From positions 40,858,001 through 40,922,000 of the forward strand of contig NC_086375.1 in the NCBI RefSeq assembly GCF_036588685.1: 64,000 bases of DNA, in the 5' to 3' direction. The position numbers and the translations under genes were made by a program. Shown piece after piece: positions 37,110 to 47,603 of the stretch (position 1 is the first letter of the stretch; each line of letters opens with the position of its first letter). The notes under the pieces were generated by a model, which was not told the DNA's origin, made no database searches, and saw nothing but the letters and a program-made list of their open reading frames with translations. The stretch is from Mytilus trossulus (Eukaryota).

Positions 37110-37477
37110 CTTCAAATATAAATATATTGATATTAAATATTAGACTACCTGGCATAAATGAAAAGGCTACATATAATTAAGAGAATTTAAGAAAAAAAAA
37201 AGAAAAAAAAACATATTTTTTATTTTTTTAAATAACAACAAATAGGTGATTACAGATTTTTGAAACATCATTTTTATTTCCTCAGGTGGACATAATAATA
37301 GTTTTTTTTTTCTCTATAATATAGATATTTTTAAAACCTATATATGTTTACAATGCAAAGTTTCAAAGACAGGTCAATAAAAAAAACTTTAAATCAAATC
37401 TGTAAATATTGAATGAAGGCATCTATGCGCACCCTAGGCCAGAAAAATTTAACTGAAGTACGACCATATCCACATAC

Positions 37478-37710
37478 CTTTTCAGGGATAGGATTTTCTT
37501 TGAATCTTTTAGCACATATAATGAATATATCTGGAGCTGGTTTACCATGCTTAACCTCTGGATCATCTGTGCTTACTACAGAATGTAAGAACAAACTAAA
37601 GAAATCTTTGTGATTTCTGGTCTTAAGATCCATCAAATGTTGACTGGATCCTGTTGCTATGGCAATGGGAATGTTGTGTTTGTGAAAATGTCTCACCAAT
37701 TTTTCTGCAC
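37478..37710 (-). CDS. PUDP: Pseudouridine-5'-phosphatase, exon 4
   Basis: [22 protein letters not shown]...[15 protein letters not shown]: HAD motifs II and III. Confidence 0.92.
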
Positions 37711-38373
37711 CTATTTATAAAAAAATAAAGGATTACCTTTAAGATAAATTGCTAACAATTCTGGTGTTCTAAAATTGTAATGGAAATGCTTTTTATGTTC
37801 CTAAACATGCAAAAAAATATCTTTTAAAAATATATTTGTGTTCAGGAGGAGGTGTGATACATGTTTTTTAAGCCTTAATTTTGGACCTTAAAATTGAAAA
37901 AAAAAATCCAGACTTTTAAATTAAGTTACATTCATTTATTGATGAATATGCTAATACAATATACAATGAGGACTAGAAAGTTCACTTTTGATGACACTAT
38001 CACATCATAAACATTTTGAAAATCAGATTTTATCAAAATGAATAATTTCATTCTGACATACAGAAATTTAGTTTTCTGACAAAATAAAAATGAACAGATA
38101 CTTTATCCGCAAAAAGATCTTTTACACACATTGAAATTTGTAAAATCTACATTTTGTAACAAAATACTTTTGAATAAAGCCTCTTCACTCATTTGATAGT
38201 CATGAAAAGATCTCAAAATGTAGCTAGTTCCACCAAATAAGAAATTATTCTATTCTGTAGTTTCTGAGGAAAAAGCGCACATTTTACAAGCCAATCCTAT
38301 TAAGCTTCTGACCAAATACAAAATAATTCTGTACTAAAATATTTATTATTTATATCTTTATTATTATATATAC

Positions 38374-38466
38374 CAGGCATGAAATCAACTTTTGGAAATA
38401 ATACTTCCTGCTCCTTGTGTGCCAGAGCTAGATATTCTTCAACTGTTAAAGGTAATTCTAATTCAT
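38374..38466 (-). CDS. PUDP: Pseudouridine-5'-phosphatase, exon 3
   Basis: DELELPLTVEEYL...LFPKVDFMPG, 93 nt, phase 1-1. Confidence 0.9.
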
Positions 38467-38744
38467 CTGAAATATAATACAAAACACCAAATATTACCAT
38501 AATTTACAAATTTTGCCTAGTTCACATAAACCTTTATAAATGCATTTGTATGATCCAATCTGTTCCAATTATTTTCTTTAATCATCCGAAAATTGTACGG
38601 TTAAAATTCTTAATTGACAAACCTATCTTCCAAAAAGATAACATTAATACTTTATGAGCTTATCCTCTTGAACATGAAAAAAACCCTTATTATTACTAAC
38701 TAAATTGACTTAAAACTAAAACATAAAGTATAACATATACGTAC

Positions 38745-38870
38745 CAATTATTATCTTTGATGCCTCAGTTTCTTTCTTCCCCATCTGCCTACTTTTGATT
38801 GCCCAGGTAAAATTCTTGCCATATTTAGATACAATGTCTTGTGTTATCTGTGTATAAAGTCTTTCTGTAT
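38745..38870 (-). CDS. PUDP: Pseudouridine-5'-phosphatase, exon 2
   Basis: DTERLYTQITQDIVSKYGKNFTWAIKSRQMGKKETEASKIII, 126 nt, phase 1-1. Confidence 0.9.
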
Positions 38871-39422
38871 CTGAAATGAAAAGGAAAAAAAAATCACATT
38901 TTTATATTTGTCAATTTATCTTTAATATGATCATGAGATACATTCAATAAGAGAACCTATAAAAAAAACTAAAGTCATCAAACAAAAATGATAATTATAG
39001 TTTATATATGGTACTTGAATAGTTAATTTTTACTTTCATGACTTTAAAACATGCATACATTTTGTAGGTGGACTTTTTCAAAAAGAAATCCTTTATGTTC
39101 TCAATATCTTCTGAAAATACAGTGTACTCTCATTTCAAATACAACTTTCCCTAAGCTGTGCATATATTATTGATGCCAATTTGATGGCAGTTCACAAACT
39201 TTCTAAGCAAGTACAAAATTTGGACAAGTGATATTCTCATTCTGATAAGTAAAATATCATGGTCAAATAATTATATTAAAATGATAATGTCCAAACTTGT
39301 ACATGTATGATACATGTAAGTCATGTTATTTCAGACAGCAATTTTTCTTGATGGATAAATTGAAAAAAAATATATCTACTTTTACAGATATACAAAATGT
39401 ACCTGATATAAATCAAACATAC

Positions 39423-39474
39423 CTAGTAGAAGCCCATCAACATCAAAAATGATGTGGGTAAAGGAAGCAGACAT
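39423..39474 (-). CDS. PUDP: Pseudouridine-5'-phosphatase, alternative first coding exon 1b
   Basis: MSASFTHIIFDVDGLLL G|gtatgt: HAD motif I. Gives a 229-aa protein. Confidence 0.8.
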
Positions 39475-40310
39475 CTTGTATTAAGTGAACTAAAAACAGG
39501 TCTCCTACTTATGACTACTTGAATATCAAATATGAAGTGGAATTAATAAGATTCACTTTTTGTCTCTTTCTGATGAAATGCCTTGCTTTGATTTCATCAT
39601 GTTCAATGAAATTCTATGTTCTGATTTCATAATGTTCATCTTTTAAATGCATTCTATAAATAGTTAATTTGTATTCAAGTAGCATCCTGGTACACACAAA
39701 AATTTGAAATACCACCTTTTTTCAAAAATAAATATAGCATGACAATGATCATGATGATGACATCTTTCACACAATCTTTTAGAACATGTACATGTAATAT
39801 AAAATTTGCAAATAGCATCACATTTCTTGCTGAAAAATTGTAGCTTTCTTATGTCCTTGTAATTTTTTTTTTATTTTCAAGACCACACAAAATAGTACTG
39901 ATAACCTTGGAAACCCCATAAATGGTTAAAACCAGAATAACTATTACATTTCAATGATTTGTAGATATTACGTACACTGATCATGAATGAGTATGTAAAG
40001 TAATGGTATACTGACATGAGAGTTCTAAAAACAGAGTATTAAAACTATACTTTTGTAAGTCAACTTTAATAATGAAAGCCATGTTAATTATGTGGATCAG
40101 AAGGGGGAAAAAACATGACCAATAAAAAATGTAGTAAATCATGTATACACCAAAACACATAATTAACAGCTCCTGATGGTAGTCTATAGCCTGACTGGTT
40201 TCAGTCCTTCACATACCTTCCTCAGAGGCAGAATGGTGAATTAATAGTGCATCAATCCTTTTTATATAGATTACAAAATTATCTGAAAAAGTCGAACCTA
40301 TATGGTTAGC

Positions 40311-42020
40311 AAGGCCGTAACTAGGCTTTTTATTTTAGTGAGGCAAAATAATTGATCCGAGCGAAGCGAGGCGGAAAAAAATTTTTGAGGGTATTAAATG
40401 AATGGTGCAAAATCCTGCATTCTAGGCATTTTTAGAGAGTTTGATAATGTTTGGAATTTGGACATTTTATATATAAATTTTTCATATTTTAAAACTTTTA
40501 CTAACACCAAAATTTTAACAACTTTATTTAAATTTAGATAATCATCCAAATATATCACAGATTTGAGACTGCTGCCAGAACATAGAACAAACATCGATTC
40601 AGTAGAGTTTGCCAAATTTTTCTATGGCCCGTTCAGTCAAATCGTTTTATAATCATAATTTGGTCTGCTGATATCCTTATCGCGATGAACATGGAGCATG
40701 GCAAGACCGCACAATCTCTTGCCACTCATGTATGCTCTTTACCAAGTTTTCAGTCGTTTCAGGGCAGTCTGTGTTTCTAAAGGTAGCTCATTATCATTAA
40801 CACAATGATCAATGTCTTCTTCCAATTCCTTCTCCATCAGCAATTCGGTAGCAGAATCGGGTAGCAGCATCGGTAGTAACAGTTTTGTTTGCAAAAGGGA
40901 ATTAAGCTTTCCTGTAAGCATCATCATACAGTCGCAGAACTTTACAAAATATTAAACTCGCTTTTATGCTGACAAAGAGTAGACAAACTAGGAATAGAAT
41001 GAGATAAGATACATGTATATACATGTATGTATAATGATTTTTGTATATGATATGGGTACAGGGGAATTGGAATGGAGTTTTTGACGTTGACATGTAGGTC
41101 CCTAATTTCAAACTATTTCTGAAAATAGTTGGTGATATTTTAGTTCCAAAATCTATAAATTTAGGGGTTAGGGTTTTGGGTGTCCGATTCCGAAACCCAA
41201 AATATAAAGAAACTAAATTCCCTAGTACCGAATAAGTAAAGACAAAATCCTGTGTTAAAGGTTCTACCATTCCTCAGTAGTATCAAATTGGAATATATAT
41301 AGGATATTCTTTCAATTTTTAAGGTTAAAGAAACATTGCTAAAAACTAATCCATGCATGTTTCATATTATTTATATTTTATTTATCTGTAAAGAGAAAGA
41401 TTAAAGTTCATGAAATAAAAACACAGACCGGACTGTCCCCTTGCGATACCCAGTACTTGATTTGTCAAAAGTTGGTGAAAAGGAGAAATGAAAACGCAGA
41501 CAGGACTGCCCCCTTCCGAAGACCAGTACTTGATTTGTCAGTCCACTTATCGTTTTTTGATTGTTCTAATGAAGTTGTATGCAATACTCGGACTCTGTTC
41601 ACAAAACACTATAGTTTACTAGAATTATTCCTTCTTTACCTTCAGTGATGCTTTTCTAGCTTTTTTCTGCAAGAGCCTGGTTTTAACTAGAGATCCATGA
41701 TGATTATCGTTAAAAGACACTTGTCTCAGAATATTTTTTTTTATATACCTTAATATAATGGGATATACATGTAGGTATTTTTTTCTGAGACAAGTGCCTG
41801 TGTTATCGTAACTAGGTTAATGTAATCGAGAAACATCACCCGTAGAGATGCTGAGTTATATCCAGGAAGAATAGTTTAAAAGGAATGATGACAAGTTATA
41901 GAAATTAAGGTTGAGACAGAGCAACAAATGACTATTATACATATTTATATATATGTATAAATAAAAATAATCAGTGTAGAAATTTTAGTGAGGCAATTGC
42001 CTCAAGGGTAGTAACGGCCT
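40311..42020 (-). mobile_element. Degenerate hAT-family DNA transposon in PUDP intron 1
   Basis: Imperfect TIR aaggccgtaacta / tagtaacggcctt. Minus-strand remnant ALKRLKTW*RAYMSGKRLCGLAMLHVHRD (~40620-40770) matches the hAT C-terminal dimerisation domain. Confidence 0.75.
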
Positions 42021-42502
42021 TTTTTAAGAAAAATCTATGGAGTAGATTTAGAGATTTGGCGATTTTAAGACAAATTTTAGGAAGGATTTTCGCCGATTTT
42101 ATGTGCTTTCTATACAAATGTTCACCCATTTTGTAAGAATTCAATCAGTAATATTTCAAATAATAATTGAGATAAATTATTTTTTCGATTTTCAGTTGAA
42201 GTTCATCGAGACGGAGTTGTATGCAAAATTTTACTGAAATCTGTGACATAGCCCATTTACTGTAACTTGACCTTAACTTGCATTCAAGACACAAAATATG
42301 TTATTTCTATAGTTAAATTTATTTTAACTTTGGTAAAAGGGATTTTTCATAAATTGAGGCCTAGCAGTCATGGCAGTATTACATCATCTTCTCCCCAGCA
42401 ATATCAAGCAGTTTTGTGGTTATTGTTGAACCATCAAAACATATCACAAGGACCATAACTGGCATAAGAGGTATTGTTCCAAAGCTTCAAACTAAACATA
42501 AT

Positions 42503-42669
42503 AAGAGGCAGATTTAGAGGGGGCCAGCACACCCCCCCCCCCCCCCCTCCCCTTTTTGGGAAAAAAATTGGTTGCTTATATAGGGAATCACTGAAGCGTG
42601 ACTGGAGCGGGCCTCCTCTTATGTCAGTCAGTGGTCCCCCACTTATGACAATTCCTGCATCCGCCACTG
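42503..42669. mobile_element. Small GC-rich MITE (hAT-type ends); similar element at ~48962-49143
   Basis: agaggcagattt...gcatccgccactg termini with internal poly-C/poly-G tracts. Confidence 0.55.
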
Positions 42670-42993
42670 ATAATACTACATGTACAAAATGAAAAAGTAA
42701 GGAGGACAAGAGAACACTGAAAATATGCAGGTGACAAAAGTGATGCCTTATTTTGAAATTTGACAGCTGTTTCATTTTGGATAACAGGCAAATCATTAAA
42801 GTGCTATGGCGAGTATGGGATTCTCTTTTTCAAGGGGATCAAAAGTCACTACATCCTGATTTGACAGTTGTAGCCCAATCATGTCAATAGCTTCAATTCA
42901 AAAGCTAGAGAAAATAATTATCATTGTCATATTATTATAGATTAGATATATTTTCAGATAAAACTGTTGCTGTTCACAATTTAAAATTCATAC

Positions 42994-43045
42994 CTAGTAA
43001 AAGACCATCAACATCGAAAATAATGTGACTTATGGGGGCTGACAT
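42994..43045 (-). CDS. PUDP: Pseudouridine-5'-phosphatase, alternative first coding exon 1a
   Basis: MSAPISHIIFDVDGLLL G|gtatga; same length and phase as 1b, next to the promoter-like region. Confidence 0.82.
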
Positions 43046-43049
43046 CTTG

Positions 43050-43400
43050 GATTTTGTAAATAGAAAGTGAATCTACGGATTCGGACTTCAACCTAATTCC
43101 GGAAAAACTAGCGACAGTCGGTTAAAAAGTCATTAATATTACTTTAAATAGCCCAAAATAAAACCTTTTAATGCCAGCTTATAACAGGTTAACCTAATAT
43201 TAGTTTAAAGAGTACCGTAATTGTTACATAAATTGATTTATTGATCGATTACTATTCAGGTATAAAATAGGTAAAACAATGTCATTAAGAATATGGATTT
43301 AAATTCCTTTGAAAGTCATGTCTAAGCATATCTTTTCAAATTTAAATCGTCTGCGCAGTCAGCGGAAGCACTTTCAACACCATAACAGTGGTTTTGTAGA
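43050..43400. promoter_or_regulatory. Putative promoter of PUDP, possibly bidirectional
   Basis: Immediately upstream of exon 1a; ETS-like ccggaa/gcggaag and ctgcgcag motifs; a + strand gtaagt donor follows at 43539. Confidence 0.35.
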
Positions 43401-43877
43401 TATTAAACTGAAGTGGCAACTCACGAAATTTGAATTTGATCAGTTGTGTTATCTTCATTCAAATTTAAAGAATTTCGATATGGTTGTCAAAATAACACAA
43501 CATGATATAACATTACAATAACGGGACTTTAAATACATGTAAGTATGCTTAAATATCAATGCTATGTCGTGTACTAAAGTTAGGTGCATTTTAGTTTCGT
43601 TTTATTCAAATTGGTTTCTGACAAGTCAATCTACATCATTAAATCCTTTCTAACGTTTTTCGGTTTTTTTCTGAGTTTACTATCTTTTAACGTTGATTAT
43701 ATATTGGTGTTCTAACTAGATTAGGATTATCAGACGGGGTTGTCATGGAACACAAGATAAACTATTGAGATGCACATCTAATGTTAGGCTAAGTTACATT
43801 CAAATGAACCCCAATCATTTACATTTGCGCTCTTCCAATATATTGCATATATAAAGTATAAAAAGGATCTATACATG

Positions 43878-44158
43878 TCAGGAATCTGATAATATTCCAG
43901 TAGTTGTCGTTTGTATATATATGTAATTTATACGTGTTTCTCGTTTCTCGTTTTTTATATAGATTAGACCGTTGGTTTTCCCGTTTGAATAGTATTACAC
44001 TAGTAATCTTGGGGCCCTTTATAGCTTGTTGTTCGGTGTGAGCCGAGGCTCCATGTTGAAGGCCGTATATTGACCTATAATGGTTTACTTTTTTTTAAAT
44101 TGTTATTTGAATGGAGAACTGTCTCATTGGCAGTCACACCACATCTTCCTATATCTAT
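43878..44158 (+). repeat. Interspersed repeat; tandem copies also at ~54850-55020 and 55028-55304
   Basis: caggaatctgat...ggggccctttatagcttg...gtgagcc.aggctc...ccacatcttcctatatctat. Confidence 0.75.
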
Positions 44159-46243
44159 GTAACTATAGAAGGGTCTGGATGGGACCACGATGAACAGAAT
44201 AATAGGCAATAAATGCGAAATAAAGGGCAAAATATGTACAAAATAGAGAAAATAGGGTGTAAATAACATGATGATAGAGAAAAAAGGGATGCTAAACTGT
44301 AAGGACTAGAGAATAAAGTCCCAGACCCTCGTATTTTAAAGCCGCGGGCAAGATGGTTACAACATTGGATTTAAGGAATGATGTGTTTGATTTTGAGTCG
44401 AATAGTACAAAATATGTCTCACATCACTTATGTGTTCATATTCAGTATATGTGTATAATCATTTTTAACACCAGATGTATGTCTTTTTGTACGTGAGTTC
44501 GTGCTGCCAAATACCAAATTTATACAGGAGCTTGTCACGGTACAGTTGCTACATGTAGATCTTTATATTAGTCGATTATGTTGGTCGCAGTCAAAATTGT
44601 TTCAGTAAATAATTGTATTGGGTATATTTTCTAATTATGTCAGAGCTGAAGCGATTTATTGTGTACCATTATGGACTTTAAGTCTATAAGCAATGATCCG
44701 ATCCAATTTCCGTAAAACTATAAGCATGATAACAATTTCCTCGAGTACAATATGTGCTTATGAAAACCTTCATCGTGTACAATAAACGCTTGTCCGTTTA
44801 GAAAATCAGAAATAGAAAACGGTTACAGGTACACGCATGCATATATTCCCCAAAGATACACACATCAAACTTGCCAAAAGTCAACGGTCTCATTTTGGTT
44901 ACAGGGGAACTTGCATCACAGCAACGACATTGCTATGCTCATTTTATGGGTCACACTCTTTGATTAAGTACAAACAGAATAAATGAAGTCTTGACAATGA
45001 TTGTGATATTTATCCATGGGTGCACTCCAGCAAACCATAATTTACAATTAAACTTGTAGACAAGAAATATATAATTTTCGTCCAACGTTCAGTACTGAAG
45101 TGCTATTTCGTTCTTGCCTCTACACATTCTCTGACGGCAACTGATTTAAAACAACAAATGATAATGTTTCTTAGTTTAGTGTGACGTCCATTTTTACTGA
45201 ACGAGTACACCTTTGTGTTTAGGAGCCATTTCAATCCCGCTTCTGATTCGGCATTTTCTCACTGTTTTTAAGACCCATTGTCAGCCTTGGACAGTTTTCT
45301 GCACTTTGGTCGGGTTGTTGCCTCTTTGACGCATTCCCCATTTATATTCTTTTAAAATTTAACATATAAAACAAAGCTGAATGTGCGCAATCGATAGTTC
45401 CATAATGGGAGGCACATGCTCAAGCTATACATTGTATATAGAATGGACATGCGGAATTTGTTAAAGAGACAACAACCCGACATACGAGCGGAAAACATGT
45501 AGACTCTGACTCCTTTCTCGACTAAACACAAACTGTTTCCTTTTTACCAACACTATACAAATTAGTCTATAATATGCATGTAAAACATGAAGCTGGTACC
45601 ATGCATCCATAATTCATCTTAGTATCGGTAGACTAATAAACTTACTGTTATCACAAGAACTAGGCACTAGCAATTTTACTGTACCTGATCGTAATTCGAC
45701 AAAATCATTGCAGTCTTTTCAGTGATGAGCTAGGCCAAAACGTTTGAAAAAGAACCGATATGATCAAACCGCTTGAAAAGGTACCGAGGTATTGCCAAAT
45801 CTGGAATGGAAATAGTAAGAGCTAGGTATGCGATTTACAAACGTGTATTCCCTAATTTTAAGGGATTTTCTAGGCTTAACAATAGTTAATTTGAATAGAA
45901 CACTACTATGTAGTTTTATGCAGTAACGAACTACTGAGCTTATAGGCTGACGAAAAGCTCTCGAGATGTGTCTACTTTTGGTAGTTATTACACACATAAC
46001 AGTTAATTGTATATAACTCATTTATTGCACCAGATAAGCTTTTCGACAAAATATATCCATCTCTTCTGCGATGCTGGAATCCAAATCATTTTAAAAAACA
46101 AAATTTGAAAAATTTGAAAAGAATTGTTGAATAGCTGATAATCGAAAAAGATCAACAAGTCTTTTGATTCAAAATTCGTGTTTTGCTGAGAGAAACGACT
46201 ATACAGATAAATCAAGTCAGTTACTGAAGATGCCTTACTGGTT

Positions 46244-46289
46244 GATTGATTGATTGTTGGTTGCTTAACGTCCAGTGGCAAATATTTCA
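46244..46289 (-). mobile_element. 5'-truncated SINE/LINE 3' end with (TCAA)n tail and 14-bp TSD
   Basis: atgccttactggtt duplicated at 46230-46243 and 46290-46303. Confidence 0.8.
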
Positions 46290-46520
46290 ATGCCTTACTG
46301 GTTCAAAATACATATACACTGTTGTCCAATAGCAAGGATCATGTTATTCCAGACTTAATAGAACACAATCATTATACTTATTTACAATAACAATTATTGT
46401 GTTTAATATGGAACTATACAATTAACCATTCGATCATAATCTGTTACTAAACAAATTTTACTTTTTTTTCATTTCCAGTTATCCAACGAAATGTGGTAAT
46501 GGCTAACAAGAACACAGAGT

Positions 46521-47603
46521 ATGAATAATATTTTTGGATTTAAATCTCCTCGCAAACCTTCTTCATTTGATGACGGAATAGACACGTTAAGGGCAAATAC
46601 AGGAAGGACCAGCTACGACGCTGCGGTCGATCGGACGAGACTTAACGAGATCAACAATGACCTTTTTGCGTCAAGAACAGAAATGAATAACCCTTTTGGA
46701 TTTAGATCTCCTCGCAAATCTACATTTGATTCCAGCATAGACTCGTTAAGGGCAAATGCTGGAAGGACAAGTTACGATGCTACAGCTACAAGGTTAAAGG
46801 ATGATGAGGATTATTATACATCCAAAAAGAAAATAGACGATGATAGAGGTTCCTTGAGGACGTTTTATCCTATAACAGAGGTGTGGAAAAATGAAAAAGC
46901 CGAGCAATTCAAAATTAAAGTTATTAAGAGCTTTAAGTTTGGACATATGAAAAACTTTTACGATAGAACCGCACCAAAGGAGACCATTTCAGTTCAAGGG
47001 GATGGCAATTGCTTTTTCCGTGCCATAAGCATGTGTATAATTGGATCAGAGCACGAACATATACGCGTTCGAGAACTCATTACTAAACATGTTGGAGAAA
47101 ATCCGGAATTATATCGAACATTTTTGCTAAGTCGAGGAGGCATGAATCAGTACTTAACAAGTATGAGAAGACCTCGCGAATGGGCAACGGATGTAGAAAT
47201 TTTAGCTGCAGCTACTTTATTAAAGACTGTCATTGAAGTTTATTTTCCATGCCGAATCAAAGGAAATGTCGAATTCAGATGGCAAACATTCAAACCTCTG
47301 ACGCACCAAGAAATAACTTATCCAGTAATTTATCTGTCGAATAAAAATGATCATTTCGATCCAGTTTTAGATGTTGAAGCAGAAGTTGAGATAATAAGTA
47401 GAAGGGATACCCAACAGGAATCGCCCAGAAGATCACGTGACAATTACCATGATCCTTCAGTATATAGTACTCCGGTGTCGAAAAGCTATAACCACGATTC
47501 TACTTTTAATCGAATACATGGCAGGCCTGGTTCAAACTATTCAAACTCAAATAGTCATTATAACCCAAATCCGTCAAGAACACATCCAAATGTTCAATTC
47601 TAG
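46521..47603 (+). CDS. OTU-domain cysteine protease (putative deubiquitinase), 360 aa, single coding exon
   Basis: GDGNCFFRAIS (catalytic Cys), WATDVEILAAA, and IYLSNKNDHFDPV (His-x-Asp). Splice acceptor ttttttttcatttccag at 46478 just upstream. Confidence 0.88.
   Translation: MNNIFGFKSPRKPSSFDDGIDTLRANTGRTSYDAAVDRTRLNEINNDLFASRTEMNNPFGFRSPRKSTFDSSIDSLRANAGRTSYDATATRLKDDEDYYTSKKKIDDDRGSLRTFYPITEVWKNEKAEQFKIKVIKSFKFGHMKNFYDRTAPKETISVQGDGNCFFRAISMCIIGSEHEHIRVRELITKHVGENPELYRTFLLSRGGMNQYLTSMRRPREWATDVEILAAATLLKTVIEVYFPCRIKGNVEFRWQTFKPLTHQEITYPVIYLSNKNDHFDPVLDVEAEVEIISRRDTQQESPRRSRDNYHDPSVYSTPVSKSYNHDSTFNRIHGRPGSNYSNSNSHYNPNPSRTHPNVQF

Noticed and set aside
40739-41358. ORFs in PUDP intron 1 as a nested gene
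   Set aside because: Fragments of a decayed hAT element with in-frame stops.
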